In this document: piece after piece, positions 48,752 to 58,954 of the stretch
Layout: each line of letters begins with the position of its first letter
Position numbering within the stretch: position 1 is the first letter of the stretch
Assembly (NCBI GenBank): GCA_009103225.1
Contig: RHPI01002090.1
Coordinates: 60,625 to 124,624, forward strand
DNA from: Chlorokybus atmophyticus
Taxonomy: Eukaryota; Plantae; Mesostigma and Chlorokybus algae
Reading direction: 5' to 3'
DNA: 64,000 nt
Notes under the pieces: model-generated
Told to the model about the DNA's origin: nothing
What the model saw: only the letters and a program-made list of their open reading frames with translations
The model's database searches: none
Translations under genes and position numbers: made by a program

Positions 48752-48816
48752 TAACAGAATCCATTCATTTTAAGCATAACATGCACGGTGCACATATGCG
48801 TCATGTGTGCGTTGTA

Positions 48817-49282
48817 CAGTCCACCCCCGCTGAAAGTTTTTGCTCCAAGAGAATAACCCCGTTTGTAGCATACGTTTTGAGATCACCAACGATTCTACAG
48901 GCAATGTTAGTGCTTAAAAGAATATAACTAACCGCGAAGAGCATAATATTTTTCATGACATTTTTGCAAATGTAAGTGTGCATATTCCTAACATCGAGGG
49001 AGTAGCGCGTGACGGGTTTGTCATAAGGCGTAATGAGTGTGATGGACAAGGCGTGAAGGGTACAGTGCAACGCGTAATCAGCGTAATGAGCGTGATGGCA
49101 TAATGGACGTGACGTAATGCGCGAGATGTAATAGGCGTGATGGGCGTATTAAACTGCTTTATAGCATACAGATGCTCTTAATGTTAAAGAGCATATTATG
49201 CTTTTTATCGCCAAGAGCATAAACCCGCCAGGAGCAAACTATTTTTGCAGATAAACAGTATGCTCTTAAGGGGGGTAAATTG
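48817..49282. mobile_element. MITE (TA TSD, imperfect TIR), Tc1-mariner/pogo-like
   Basis: TA|CAGTCCACCCCCGCTG ... AAGGGGGGTAAATTG|TA. Confidence 0.7.
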
Positions 49283-49332
49283 TACAATGAATGTTTTAAT
49301 GTAATTAGGTACAACTATGTACTATAACTGTA

Positions 49333-49774
49333 CAGTCTACCTCCGCTATAAAAATCACGTGTATTTTTCAGCTTTCATTCCATTAACGGGGGTATTTCCT
49401 TGGCGTTTACAATAGTATATACTTTTATTCTTTACATACTATATATTTTACCAACAGGGGTATTGCGAAACCGTAAGCCACGCTATTATATCTTAACCCG
49501 GCATAAATTAAATTGATAATAGTCAATAATAAATTGATTATGTACATAAGTATATATAAGTCTTGTAATATGTTTATGCTTATAATATCAAAATAAGCAT
49601 GCCATTAACGAGGTATTCCCCCGTAACAAGACTGAGCTCACTTAAGACTTTAACCCTCCGTTGTAGTCTGATTGCGTCCAAACTATTCAATTAACCGACG
49701 ATATTTGCCTATGAAACCATTGGTCTTTTGCAAATCTATGATCTAAACCAAAGTCTTTTAGCGGGGGTAGACTA
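49333..49774. mobile_element. MITE (TA TSD, 16-bp TIR with 2 mismatches)
   Basis: TA|CAGTCTACCTCCGCTA ... TAGCGGGGGTAGACTA|TA, with repeated internal AAC(G/A)GGGGTA motifs. Confidence 0.75.
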
Positions 49775-49776
49775 TA

Positions 49777-50157
49777 TAGTCTACCCTCGTGTAAGAGCAT
49801 ACTGTTATCCTCAAAAATCGTATGCTCTTGGCAGGGTTATGCTCTTGGCGACTAAGAGCATATTATGCTCTTGAACGTTGAAAGCATATATATGCTATAA
49901 GCGCAGATTCATTACGCCCATCACGCCTATTGGTCGGGCCGGCCGGCCTGTCGGCATTCAATACATCACACGGCATCCCGCGCTATAGCCATCACACGGC
50001 ACCCGCGACTGCCGGGCTGCGCGGCAGTATGTACGGCGCGCCTGCTTCTCATTGGCTAGGCGAGAACAGGCGTTACACCGTTAGGTCTGCGTAATTGATC
50101 CTGGCCGTCCAAAGCACATCCAATTATTCAAACGCATGCCAATAAATGCAAAATGAA
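49777..50157. mobile_element. Adjacent MITE-family element end; right boundary unresolved
   Basis: Starts TAGTCTACCCTCGTGTAAGAGCATACTG directly after the shared TA; homologous to 18621-18800 and to the reverse complement of the 49282 end. Confidence 0.55.
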
Positions 50158-51607
50158 GCACAGTTCTGCATACGTGGCCGCTTATGGCTGCATGTTGATC
50201 ATTTTATGTGTTACAATATTAATATCAACAAATTTGGAGATACATGGATACATGTTGATAGCTCTAATGTGTTGCAAAATGAAGCACGTATGCTGCAATA
50301 TGGTGCAATCTTTGATATCAAATGTGATGTTGACGCCACGGTACGTGCTAAGATATTCAGTACGTAATGCCAGGGTTACAACCAGTAAAATAATGCTAAC
50401 CTGAATTACCTTAACGTTAAGACTTTACTAAACGCAAAATTGCATCGTCGGGCCACCATTTGGTCACGCATGAATTTGATCAAATGGGATCGCAACGGTG
50501 ACAACAGCCGTTGTTGAAAAAGGCAGCGAATTGGCCAATTATTGCAGAGATGCATAAATGATGCTGAAACCTATCTCGGCAGCAACTGCTTGCCATTGGC
50601 GACCCAAAATCGCTAGCGATTTGGTGCAATTGCAGTATAGTTAGTGGTCAAACCGGCCGCGTTTTTTGCGGTACGAGGTCGGGGCATGCCCCATACCCCA
50701 AAGACATGCCGCCACTACTCACCCTCGTTTTAACTAATTCACTCTACCATGTAACGCTAATTGATTACACGCTATAGTTATTGCGTTATCAGACATGGTC
50801 AACAGCCGAATGAAATCATGTACCGCTGCTTGCATTGAATGCTGTCTGTGCTGTGTGAAGAGTAGTGATATCAAGGAATATGGTGTCGTGACGATGTCTT
50901 TGTGTAAGGAAAATTATTCATATCGCACATAGTTGGTTGTATGAAAAATGATTAATGGGCTTTGTATTTTTTTTTTAAAACAGTTTTAACGGCATGTAAA
51001 GGAAGTAATATATAGTATATATATATATAAGTATTTGTATGCATTACGTGTATGCTTGACTTATATTACATAATTAATTATACTACATCATTAGTTATAC
51101 TCCATAATTAGTTATACTACAAAATCAGTTAGTATTGGTATGCATTACGTGTATGCTTCACTTATACTACATAATTCATGTCATATGCATATTACGAGAC
51201 ATATAAAGTATTAATAAAGATAACAGATTCGTTATATGTCATATGATTCAATACCATATCAAGCATGTAATTATCGTGCTAAATGCTTTTCAAACATACA
51301 CACGCCACTTAACCAGGCAAACTTTTAACATGCGCACATGAGTGTGCGCAATCACCAATCATCTACGTTGTAATCATATGGCAATGCATGTATGTATAGA
51401 TTATCTCACCTGCAGCACGAATGGCTACGTTATAGGACGCCTTTTGACTGCATGCATATTTTTATTATCGATGATATTGTTTATAACACTTCGCTTGAAA
51501 ACAAGACGAGTTTTCAACCTGAGCTTGTCATAAAATAAGCATGTACAACAGTTGAACTTGACGTTAAAGAGTGTCACAAGCAGAAACATTAAGATATGGA
51601 GCTTGCG

Positions 51608-51723
51608 CGCTCGCTGCACATGACAACCATATTTCAATATACTAAAGTCAATGTCACCAAAAAGGGCGACCTAGCAGCCAGCAATGTGGTAAGATTGCGA
51701 AGTTGACGTACGGCGTGTTGGCC

Positions 51724-51769
<46 letters not shown>

Positions 51770-52091
51770 AATGTTCAATTTAACATCATTATCAAACATT
51801 TCAATCGCGAAGGAGCGCACAAGCAAAAGACTACTGACATGGAATCAGCACGCTCGCTGCACATGACAACCATATCTAAATAGACAAAATTTAACATTAC
51901 TCAAAAGAGCGACCCAAGATCTTTCTTCCTTCCTTAAATTGCAATCCCCCTCGCCCGACTCTGGTGGCAATAACACAAAAAGAAATACAAGCATTGTCAA
52001 ACCCGAGGTTATGCCACGGGTGTAATGCACTAGCAATTGGGCAAGATTGTGAAGTCGACGTATGGCGTGTTGGCCTATAGAAAGCAATGTT
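51608..52091. repeat. Diverged local duplication (51608-51775 / 51851-52091), with an (AG)n microsatellite at 51733-51764 in copy 1 only
   Basis: Shared CGCTCGCTGCACATGACAACCATAT ... AAGATTG(C/T)GAAGT(T/C)GACGTA(C/T)GGCGTGTTGGCCTATA ... AAAGCAATGTT; copy 2 carries an extra internal segment. Confidence 0.75.
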
Positions 52092-54781
52092 GCTGCTTGG
52101 TGACAAACGCGTGTTTTAATAAGGACAATGTAGTTGGAGGACTTAGACCTGATCAAGCATGCGGTGGTGGTGAAACATGGGTAATATGTTGGGTTTGCCG
52201 ACATCAACGACATACGGACTGGACTCTCAATATGGAAGCCGGTATTAAACGCTCACCGTGAGCGTTTGATACCGGAATGACTCCACCAGCTGATGGAGTG
52301 GGCGTTCAATACTGGTTAGCTCGTCACTATATGTGAAGAGATAAGAGATGCATATGTTGTGCGCATGCTAAATCTTGGCATGTGAGACCGCAAGCTTAGT
52401 GATTGGACTTGTCAACTAACATATGCTAGAGGGTTTCGATCCGCTGCACGTCTGACAATTAAAGATTTCGACAGTATTTCAATGGCATTGACACCCGTTA
52501 TTTCCGCAACTTCTGTACAAGGACGTTGCAAGTGTCTACAAGCGCGCACAGCTTGTTAACACCAGCAATTTAAAATGGCCGAATATCGTAAGACGGGATT
52601 TTTGAGGACTTCTACACCCAGGGTCTCAGCGTGAGAATCAAGCCAAAACATGTGGATTGAAAGCTAAGCGTCCAATTCGCATGAATGTACGTCAGCACGT
52701 CCGATTGATATTCGTGTATGAGAACGTCCCATAAACGTGTATCCATGCTGATGTTAGCCAATGTGATGGCTCTGATAAGATTGCTTATGATTCAGTGCTT
52801 GGTTGCGTGTCAATATGCATAGCCATTGTGAGTCCCATTCAGCAAACTCAGCACTTCGCAATGATTGTGCATGAAATGCCTGCAGTTCTCACGACGCCTT
52901 AGCTTGCACTAACTTTGAATCACCGTCCTAGCCAAGCAGGTGTGAGACTGTCACCAGTGGCGGCGATAAGCACAGGCAGACGGGAGGGATGCGCATGTAG
53001 ACCAAGCTGTCTGTCTTGTTCGTCCCTTCGATCCAACCTGTTGTGCATGCTGTTGGTGGTCAACCCCGCACCTAACCTCTCCTTCCTTGCCCTCTCCCTA
53101 CACTCTACAGGTTGATACCCGCTGCTGCCTCACCTGCTTGTCTCCACCTGCTGATGTATCGGCTAAAGGGTCTATATGGTCTGGTCTAGCTGCGATTGTT
53201 GGGTTGTTGATTGGCTAGGTGGTTAAACTCTGTCTTGGCCCCCACGTAACCCCGTGTGTACGGGGTGCTAGGACATACATGCGCAGAATGGGCATGCGCA
53301 CTCTGTTGCTGCATGATCAGTATGCATGCACGCAGTCATCAACACATACCCAACATTCCATTACAAACGCCAGGCTATATGCCTACGCCAACTCCACTAC
53401 CCCTAGCCCCCAAAACAACCCGCAGTTGCTGTCGTACCTGCCACACAGCCAGCACCCTGTGTGTACAGGAAATGCAAGTTATGCGTGCATGTGCTTGGCT
53501 GCTTGGCTCTTGCACTGCTACTGCTATTTCTCTAGCACAGAGTCTGCTACATGCAACTCTTGTGTGTTATATATGCAGTCATGGCAAGGACAGAAACAAT
53601 GATACACAACAATGCAGGACACGCATGCTAACTCAAGTTTCAACTGTGCTGATTGGACCGCAAAGTTATAACTCGAGCATCGTCTGATAGAACGGGTGTG
53701 CTTTTAAGGCAACAACCTTACTATGACTAAGACTACGATACACATTGCAAGACAATTGGTCTGCGCTGCCACCATGCCCAATGCAAAGCTTGTAGGGACT
53801 TTGGTTGTCAGCTGCCTGCCTGACACTACTAGGTCAAGTGCAACTCACGATGGTTTCCTGGCTGCGGCAAATGCTGCCCTCCGCGAGCTTCAAGCACAAC
53901 AGTCTTGATGTCAGTCGGTTCCACTACTTGTGTGCGCCCGCTGCAAGAGTGATGTAAGGCCGAACTGGCAGTAATCATGCACACGCGGAAAGCTAGCCAT
54001 GGTGCAGATGGGGGTGACAACGGCGCTGTCAAATTAACCATGCACAACCATGCAAAGCATGCAGTTGAATGGTCGCGAAGCAAGTCCTAGCGTTTTGTCA
54101 CAAATTGACAAGCAGCAGTGCAAACTTACGCATGGCAGAAGGCTTGGCAGGGCGTACAAGTGGCTTGTCTTGGAGGGGATTGCCACCACGCTTCCACACA
54201 ATGAGATCGTCCATCAGCTGGGCGGCCGCCTCGCGACTCGGCACCAGCACTCGGTAGTGGCCTAGCAGCTTGGAGAGGACAACCTTTTCAGCGTGGTCAT
54301 TCAGATCAGAAGCGCCACCTGGTAAGAAGACGTGTCACCCTTCGCATTGCGGTGTGCATAAACTACGCCCTGCAACAGACTGCATGCATGAACAACCCCG
54401 GCATTGTGGAGCACAAGCGCTGGCAGTATGCAACTGCGAGCCTGGCTATACTGGTAGAGCAGCAGATGGTGTCACCCGCATGCTCACACATGAGGACACC
54501 ATGTGCTCTACTGTACGCTCTACCCTTACCATTATATGCGCTCTACATAGTCGAACATGCAACTCTGAAGCACAGCATAATCGACGATGAGAGAAGCATG
54601 CACAACTTTAAGGTCACAGTACTGTCTCCTGCATGTGGGTACACTCAAACAACCAAAACATGTAGGTTGTTGCACCAACGTAAGCTAAGCCTTTGAAACG
54701 CAATCTAAGTCAGAGTCAGAGTTGAGAACTGTGTTGTTTCGGAACGCTGCTCCAGCATGCCGATAGAGTAAAAGCTCTATG

Positions 54782-54841
54782 CTGCTGACTACATTAGCAA
54801 GCTCGCCTACTGAATGGTGTGCTTGCTAATGTAGTCAGCAG
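54782..54841. ncRNA. Pre-miRNA-like perfect hairpin (candidate)
   Basis: CTGCTGACTACATTAGCAAGC (54782-54802) is the exact reverse complement of 54821-54841; the 18-nt loop can pair further. Confidence 0.3.
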
Positions 54842-55522
54842 ACCTACTGGATGCCACATGCATGCGACCCAAGTACGAAGCCCGTCCTCTGACCTCCCGT
54901 CGCTGAGCCTGCCCTATTGTCGGATCCAGATGAAGAGGAAGCGGCGTCACAGAGCCCCGCTGCATGGTCCGGCCTCACCCCCAGCCGCCACCGCGACGCC
55001 GCCCCGCCACAGGCGGTGACCACCGCATGCTGCCGCCAAGCATGCCGCAAGCAATGCATTGTCACCAGCGCCACTGTGCTGCTTGTAGGCTAAGCTGAGG
55101 CTTGCCTTGGCGTTGTCGCAACAACGATGGAGCCCGCCGCGTTGTCGAATGAGCTATTGCTGCAACGCTGCCCCCGCCGCCTCACATAAACAGCGGCAGC
55201 GCTGCGGCAGACGTGCATTAGGGTTTTGCGGCGGCGGCGGCGGCAATGGCGGCCGCCGTTCCTGCCGCCTCCGTCTTCACCTCTGCCTTGTTCACCGTGG
55301 GCAAAACAGTCGCGGCTTTGCATCTCCGCCAATTGGCGACTATCAATGATGGGAGGCTGCAATCCACGATGGCCGCGCCGCCGTTGAAGATAGGCTGCTT
55401 GACAACGACTTGAAAGCCAAGCGTCGCCCATCGCCATGATGAAGGTGAGGTCAGTCGTCCGTTTTGAACGGTGTCACATACTACTTGACGACATGCAGCG
55501 TACGTTGCTGCGCGTGAGGGAA

Positions 55523-55640
55523 GCCGCTGATGATAGACTCTAGGGCGTTTCTCGAAACATTCGCAGTGCCCGAACCGAAGAGTTTCGCCTAGCGCAGGCT
55601 TGAGACTCATGCTGGCGGATTCCTTGGATGTCTGATGGCT
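55523..55640 (+). ncRNA. SNORD14: U14 box C/D snoRNA, copy 1
   Basis: Box C TGATGA 55528, box D CTGA 55632, terminal stem AGCCG/TGGCT. Domain A CATTCGCAGT is complementary to 18S ACUGCGAAUG. Domain B TTCCTTGGATGT is complementary to 18S ACAUCCAAGGAA, and the D+5 rule gives the C equivalent to yeast Cm414. Confidence 0.93.
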
Positions 55641-55842
55641 TTCCTCATGCAGCAGTTCCTGTTTTGGTGTCAATGTCACTCTTTGAATGACTCCACTGTC
55701 GTTACCAAGTCACTCCCCGTGTTCTGTGGCCGTTGAGGACAGAATTGCGGACTATCAAGTCTTCGGACTTATGACGTCTTGTTACACACACTGAGGCCTT
55801 TGTCACGGGTTTTTGGGTCCGTGTGCTTTGTATCATGTGCCC

Positions 55843-55960
55843 TGCCGATGATGATAGACTCTAGGGCGTTTCTCGAAACATTCGCAGTGCCCGAACCGAA
55901 GAGTTTCGCCTAGCGCAGGCTTGAGACTCATGCTGGCGGATTCCTTGGATGTCTGAGGCT
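55843..55960 (+). ncRNA. SNORD14: U14 box C/D snoRNA, copy 2
   Basis: 55849-55956 is identical to 55528-55635 (108 bp); flanking stem GCC/GGC. Confidence 0.93.
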
Positions 55961-56023
55961 AGGGCACACTTTAGTCCTTTCTTGTGTTCGCAATACATGT
56001 CCTGGTCTAATATGCTCGTTGCA

Positions 56024-56109
56024 AGGCGTGGATGACGATTTGAGAAATTTCGGATTCCCTCTGATGCACACAGTGCGAAGAAGTGAACAGTCTCGTTGCT
56101 GACACGCCT
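56024..56109 (+). ncRNA. Box C/D snoRNA, probable LSU rRNA guide
   Basis: Terminal stem AGGCGTG/CACGCCT; C box TGGATGA; D' CTGA 56061; D CTGA 56099. Guide TCGGATTCCCT is complementary to LSU GGGAAUCCGA. Confidence 0.75.
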
Positions 56110-56427
56110 AGCAGCATTGCAGTTGTTGATTATTGCTTGTCATGAGAAATGTGCCTCGCTCTGAGCCCCCTAGTAGCTCATGGCTCTGTCTGGCGAGGGT
56201 ACGAAAAACGAGGCAATATTAATGCTGACAAAAATCCTCCACTTTGCCTGATGCTTGCGATGTGGGCTACAGCGTTAGGACATTATTCACTATGTTGCGT
56301 TTCTGCAGGTATTCAGGAACAGCTGGCTTGACTTTCGATGTGGTGAAGCCACTGAGGTGGGTCAGTGTCCCTTGTATGTCGTGCATGCAGTCGGTTGCTA
56401 TTACAATAGGACACTGTTATTGCAGAC

Positions 56428-56517
56428 TGTGTGCAGTGATGAGTTGCTTACTTCTGACACCTCTTGTTTGAGAGCGTCAGCTCGGTGAACGCACTTTGCA
56501 AACAGCCTGAGCACACA
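56428..56517 (+). ncRNA. Box C/D snoRNA guiding LSU 2'-O-methyl-G (yeast snR48 Gm2791/2793 region; plant snoR1/U60-like)
   Basis: Stem TGTGTGC/GCACACA; C box GTGATGA 56436; D CTGA 56507. The 15-nt guide TTCTGACACCTCTTG before D' TTGA is complementary to LSU CAAGAGGUGUCAGAA. Confidence 0.87.
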
Positions 56518-56582
56518 CAGAGTAGTATAAGCAGGCCCTTTTTTGATATACAGATAATGATATTGGCTTTATCAAGCTGCAT

Positions 56583-56873
56583 GCTCTCATTATGAGGCGT
56601 TATTGCCTTGCCTACCCATGCAACGCAAGTGTCAATGAGAGCAGAGATAGTCGATCTCCCCTCTGTTTCAGAGACTGATCTCCCAGTCTATTAACCAATG
56701 CCATCGCTACCAGTGCGTTGAGTGTTGACCTGTCAACTGGGATATGCCAAGCGCTGAGCTTTCTCACCCGCCTTACTGTCCAGCAGTGCACGACATGGGG
56801 CGCCAAGTGATCTGATCTGAAGCTGGTGCTGCAATATCTGCGAGCTTTGCAGGGATGAGAATGGCGCCTTATA
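56583..56873 (+). ncRNA. Candidate additional H/ACA-like hairpin RNAs in the same intron
   Basis: Stems GCTCTCATT/AATGAGAGC, TCCCAGT/ACTGGGA (+ATA) and GGCGCC/GGCGCC (+ATA) with internal loops; no canonical ANANNA H box found. Confidence 0.3.
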
Positions 56874-57177
56874 AGCAGCTGCAAAGAAGGTTGGTAGCAG
56901 TGGCACTTGATGACACTTTTGACGCACACATCTAACCCCGGGCACCTGCTCGCGCTTACCGAGTGGAATGCCCCTGTATTGTGTGCAAGATCAGCCTTTG
57001 GGGAATGCTTTCGTGTTACGGTCCTGCAGTTGCTCACTTGCGGGCCGTGTCTATATCAGCATCCATATTCAGCAACCCTCGTGTCGTTTTGCGCAGGCAG
57101 CGGGTCCACGCTGACGGAGCATGTATCGCATGACGTCAACTCGGCCGTTCTACTGGTAAGCCTGCAAAGCAATCTGA

Positions 57178-57324
57178 TGCAAAGGTTAGGAGTGGTAACG
57201 TGAGGCTGCTTGCAGCTCTTGTCTCGACCTCATGATACCTTATTTACCTTTGCATATTACCTGTCACTTTACAAGCAGCAAGGGACTCTTGGTGCCTTTG
57301 CTGTGTCGGATGGTGACAACATGC
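57178..57324 (+). ncRNA. Box H/ACA snoRNA
   Basis: Hairpin 1 TGCAAAGGT/ACCTTTGCA with inner TGAGG/CCTCA; H box ATATTA 57254; hairpin 2 TGTCAC/GTGACA with inner CAGCAAGG/CCTTTGCTG; ACA at 57319, 15 nt from the pocket top; lies wholly within intron 57156-57387. Confidence 0.78.
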
Positions 57325-57519
57325 CAGCTGCTTACTTTACTGGCGAGAGTCGTGACGGGTTGGGTTTGACATACGCATATGTGACAGGTTGTGGACGAGC
57401 TTGCCAACTGCGTTGCCTCAGCAACAACATTGAACTAGACAGAGCATCAGGCAGGGTGAGTTGCTGTTGGTTAGCCAGATGTCGCTATTGCTGGTTAGCT
57501 GGTGAATGCTGTATTCCTG

Positions 57520-57609
57520 CTTGATCCTGAATGATGAACTCAACTTGGATGAGATCAACATTGATTGCAACCATTACAAACACTCTAATTTTTTACTGAC
57601 AGGATCAAG
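57520..57609 (+). ncRNA. Box C/D snoRNA, SSU rRNA guide
   Basis: 10-bp terminal stem CTTGATCCTG/CAGGATCAAG; C box ATGATGA 57531; D CTGA 57596. The 16-nt guide AACACTCTAATTTTTT is complementary to 18S AAAAAAUUAGAGUGUU. Confidence 0.88.
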
Positions 57610-58954
57610 GTGTATTGCTTTGTCTTATCAAACAACTTTACTGGCATTTGGTTTGCAGTGAATGGTGTGCGGGTCTGACAGAAGTGTTTGCTGTGCAGCT
57701 GCGACATCCACTGAGGCTCCACACGGAAGGCCAAGGCAGTGACACAGTAGTAATCTACTGCAAGGGTCATGTAGATAGTGTTGCTAGTGTTGCCTGTGAA
57801 TCTGCAAGAACGACGGGCAATGTGCGTCCTGCGAGACTACAGCGACGAGTGGAGACAATTTGCGACAAGACATGTTTGATGATAAGGGTCTCTGTACGAA
57901 GGCATGCCATGCTGTGTTGCTGTTCATATGAGTGTACAATGACGCGTAGGGCGGTCCATGCACGCTTGTTCGCTTGCTGGCATGGTCCATATCAAAGGTC
58001 CTGCCATAGTCTTTGCCTAAGAACATTATACGCAATCAACATGCTCAGGCACATGACACAGTGTCCACATGACACATTGTCCATTGATCATGTTCACCAC
58101 GTGCTTGAAAGGAGTGCATGTGTTCATTGCAGATGTGTTTTAACACTTGCACTTTAGTAGTGCAGCCTTTGCTCTCGTTGCTGTTGGTCATTGATTGTGC
58201 TTGACTTGCTTGTTCGCTACGTGTGTGCGTGTGCGCACGTGCGCCACGCATCTTTGCATCGGAATGCCTATGTTAGCAGGCTGAGTTGATGCAACATTGT
58301 GGCGGAGATTAGATACATAGTGATATATGCCATGCAATACTTCCAGGCCGCAGCTTGTATTCAACTAGCATGTGAACATACTTGCATGCTACTAATCTAG
58401 CATACAAACTTCTGTATACAAGGACTCAACAATATTGATAACGCTAAGAGACAAGGACCGGACAGCTTCTTGAGCTTTGCTTCAAGGATGTTGGCATCCT
58501 TATGTGGATTACTCACAAATAGTTGATATAGAGGCTGCATTGTGTGCGTTATGGCGGTGCATGCAGCCTGCATGATGCAGGTAATGCAAAGTGCATCCTG
58601 TCCTTTGAATGCACTAAGCTTTATAGTTCAGATGGTATGTGATTGGCCGGACTCAGTCAGGAGTCCATCAATGCGCAGCAATTGTGTCACATAGACACTC
58701 CAAGTCAAACTGTTTGAGCTTGCACATCGTGCCATCAGGCGGCTCTGACCAACTGGCGTGGCTATCGACTTAGGTTGCAATTTTCACAAACCGCACATGC
58801 ATACAGTTTGGGCAGAACCAGCTGCTGCCAGGCATCAAGCACACCATTAATTCTGCTGCAGTTTGTACGGCAACTGTTTGACACATTGCACTGCATGTCA
58901 GTGCTTTCATCAACATGCAGACACACCAGTGGAAATATGGTGCTGTACAAGCCA

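Larger units (their letters stand above)
55230..57720 (+). ncRNA. Probable non-coding spliced snoRNA host transcript (boundaries approximate)
   Basis: Donor at 55445, small exons 56309-56356, 57097-57155 and 57388-57455, acceptor at 57658. The snoRNAs lie between these exons, and no convincing protein spans them. Confidence 0.5.

Noticed and set aside
52400-54760. Short ORFs or possible transposase or gene remnants
   Set aside because: Frames are broken by stops and no recognisable motif supports an assignment.
55640-55800. Additional structured RNA between the U14 copies (UUCG-capped hairpin, TTCTGT/ACAGAA stem)
   Set aside because: No consistent box set or terminal stem; it may be host exon sequence.
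55528-55956. Second TRIM/LTR pair (108-bp direct repeats starting with TG)
   Set aside because: No CA end, PBS, PPT or TSD; the repeats are U14 snoRNAs bounded by boxes C and D.
57510-57580. U17/snR30 (m1-like GTATTCCTG, m2-like CAACCAT, ACA)
   Set aside because: The basal stem is missing, and the region is better explained by the C/D snoRNA with a 10-bp terminal stem and a 16-nt 18S guide.
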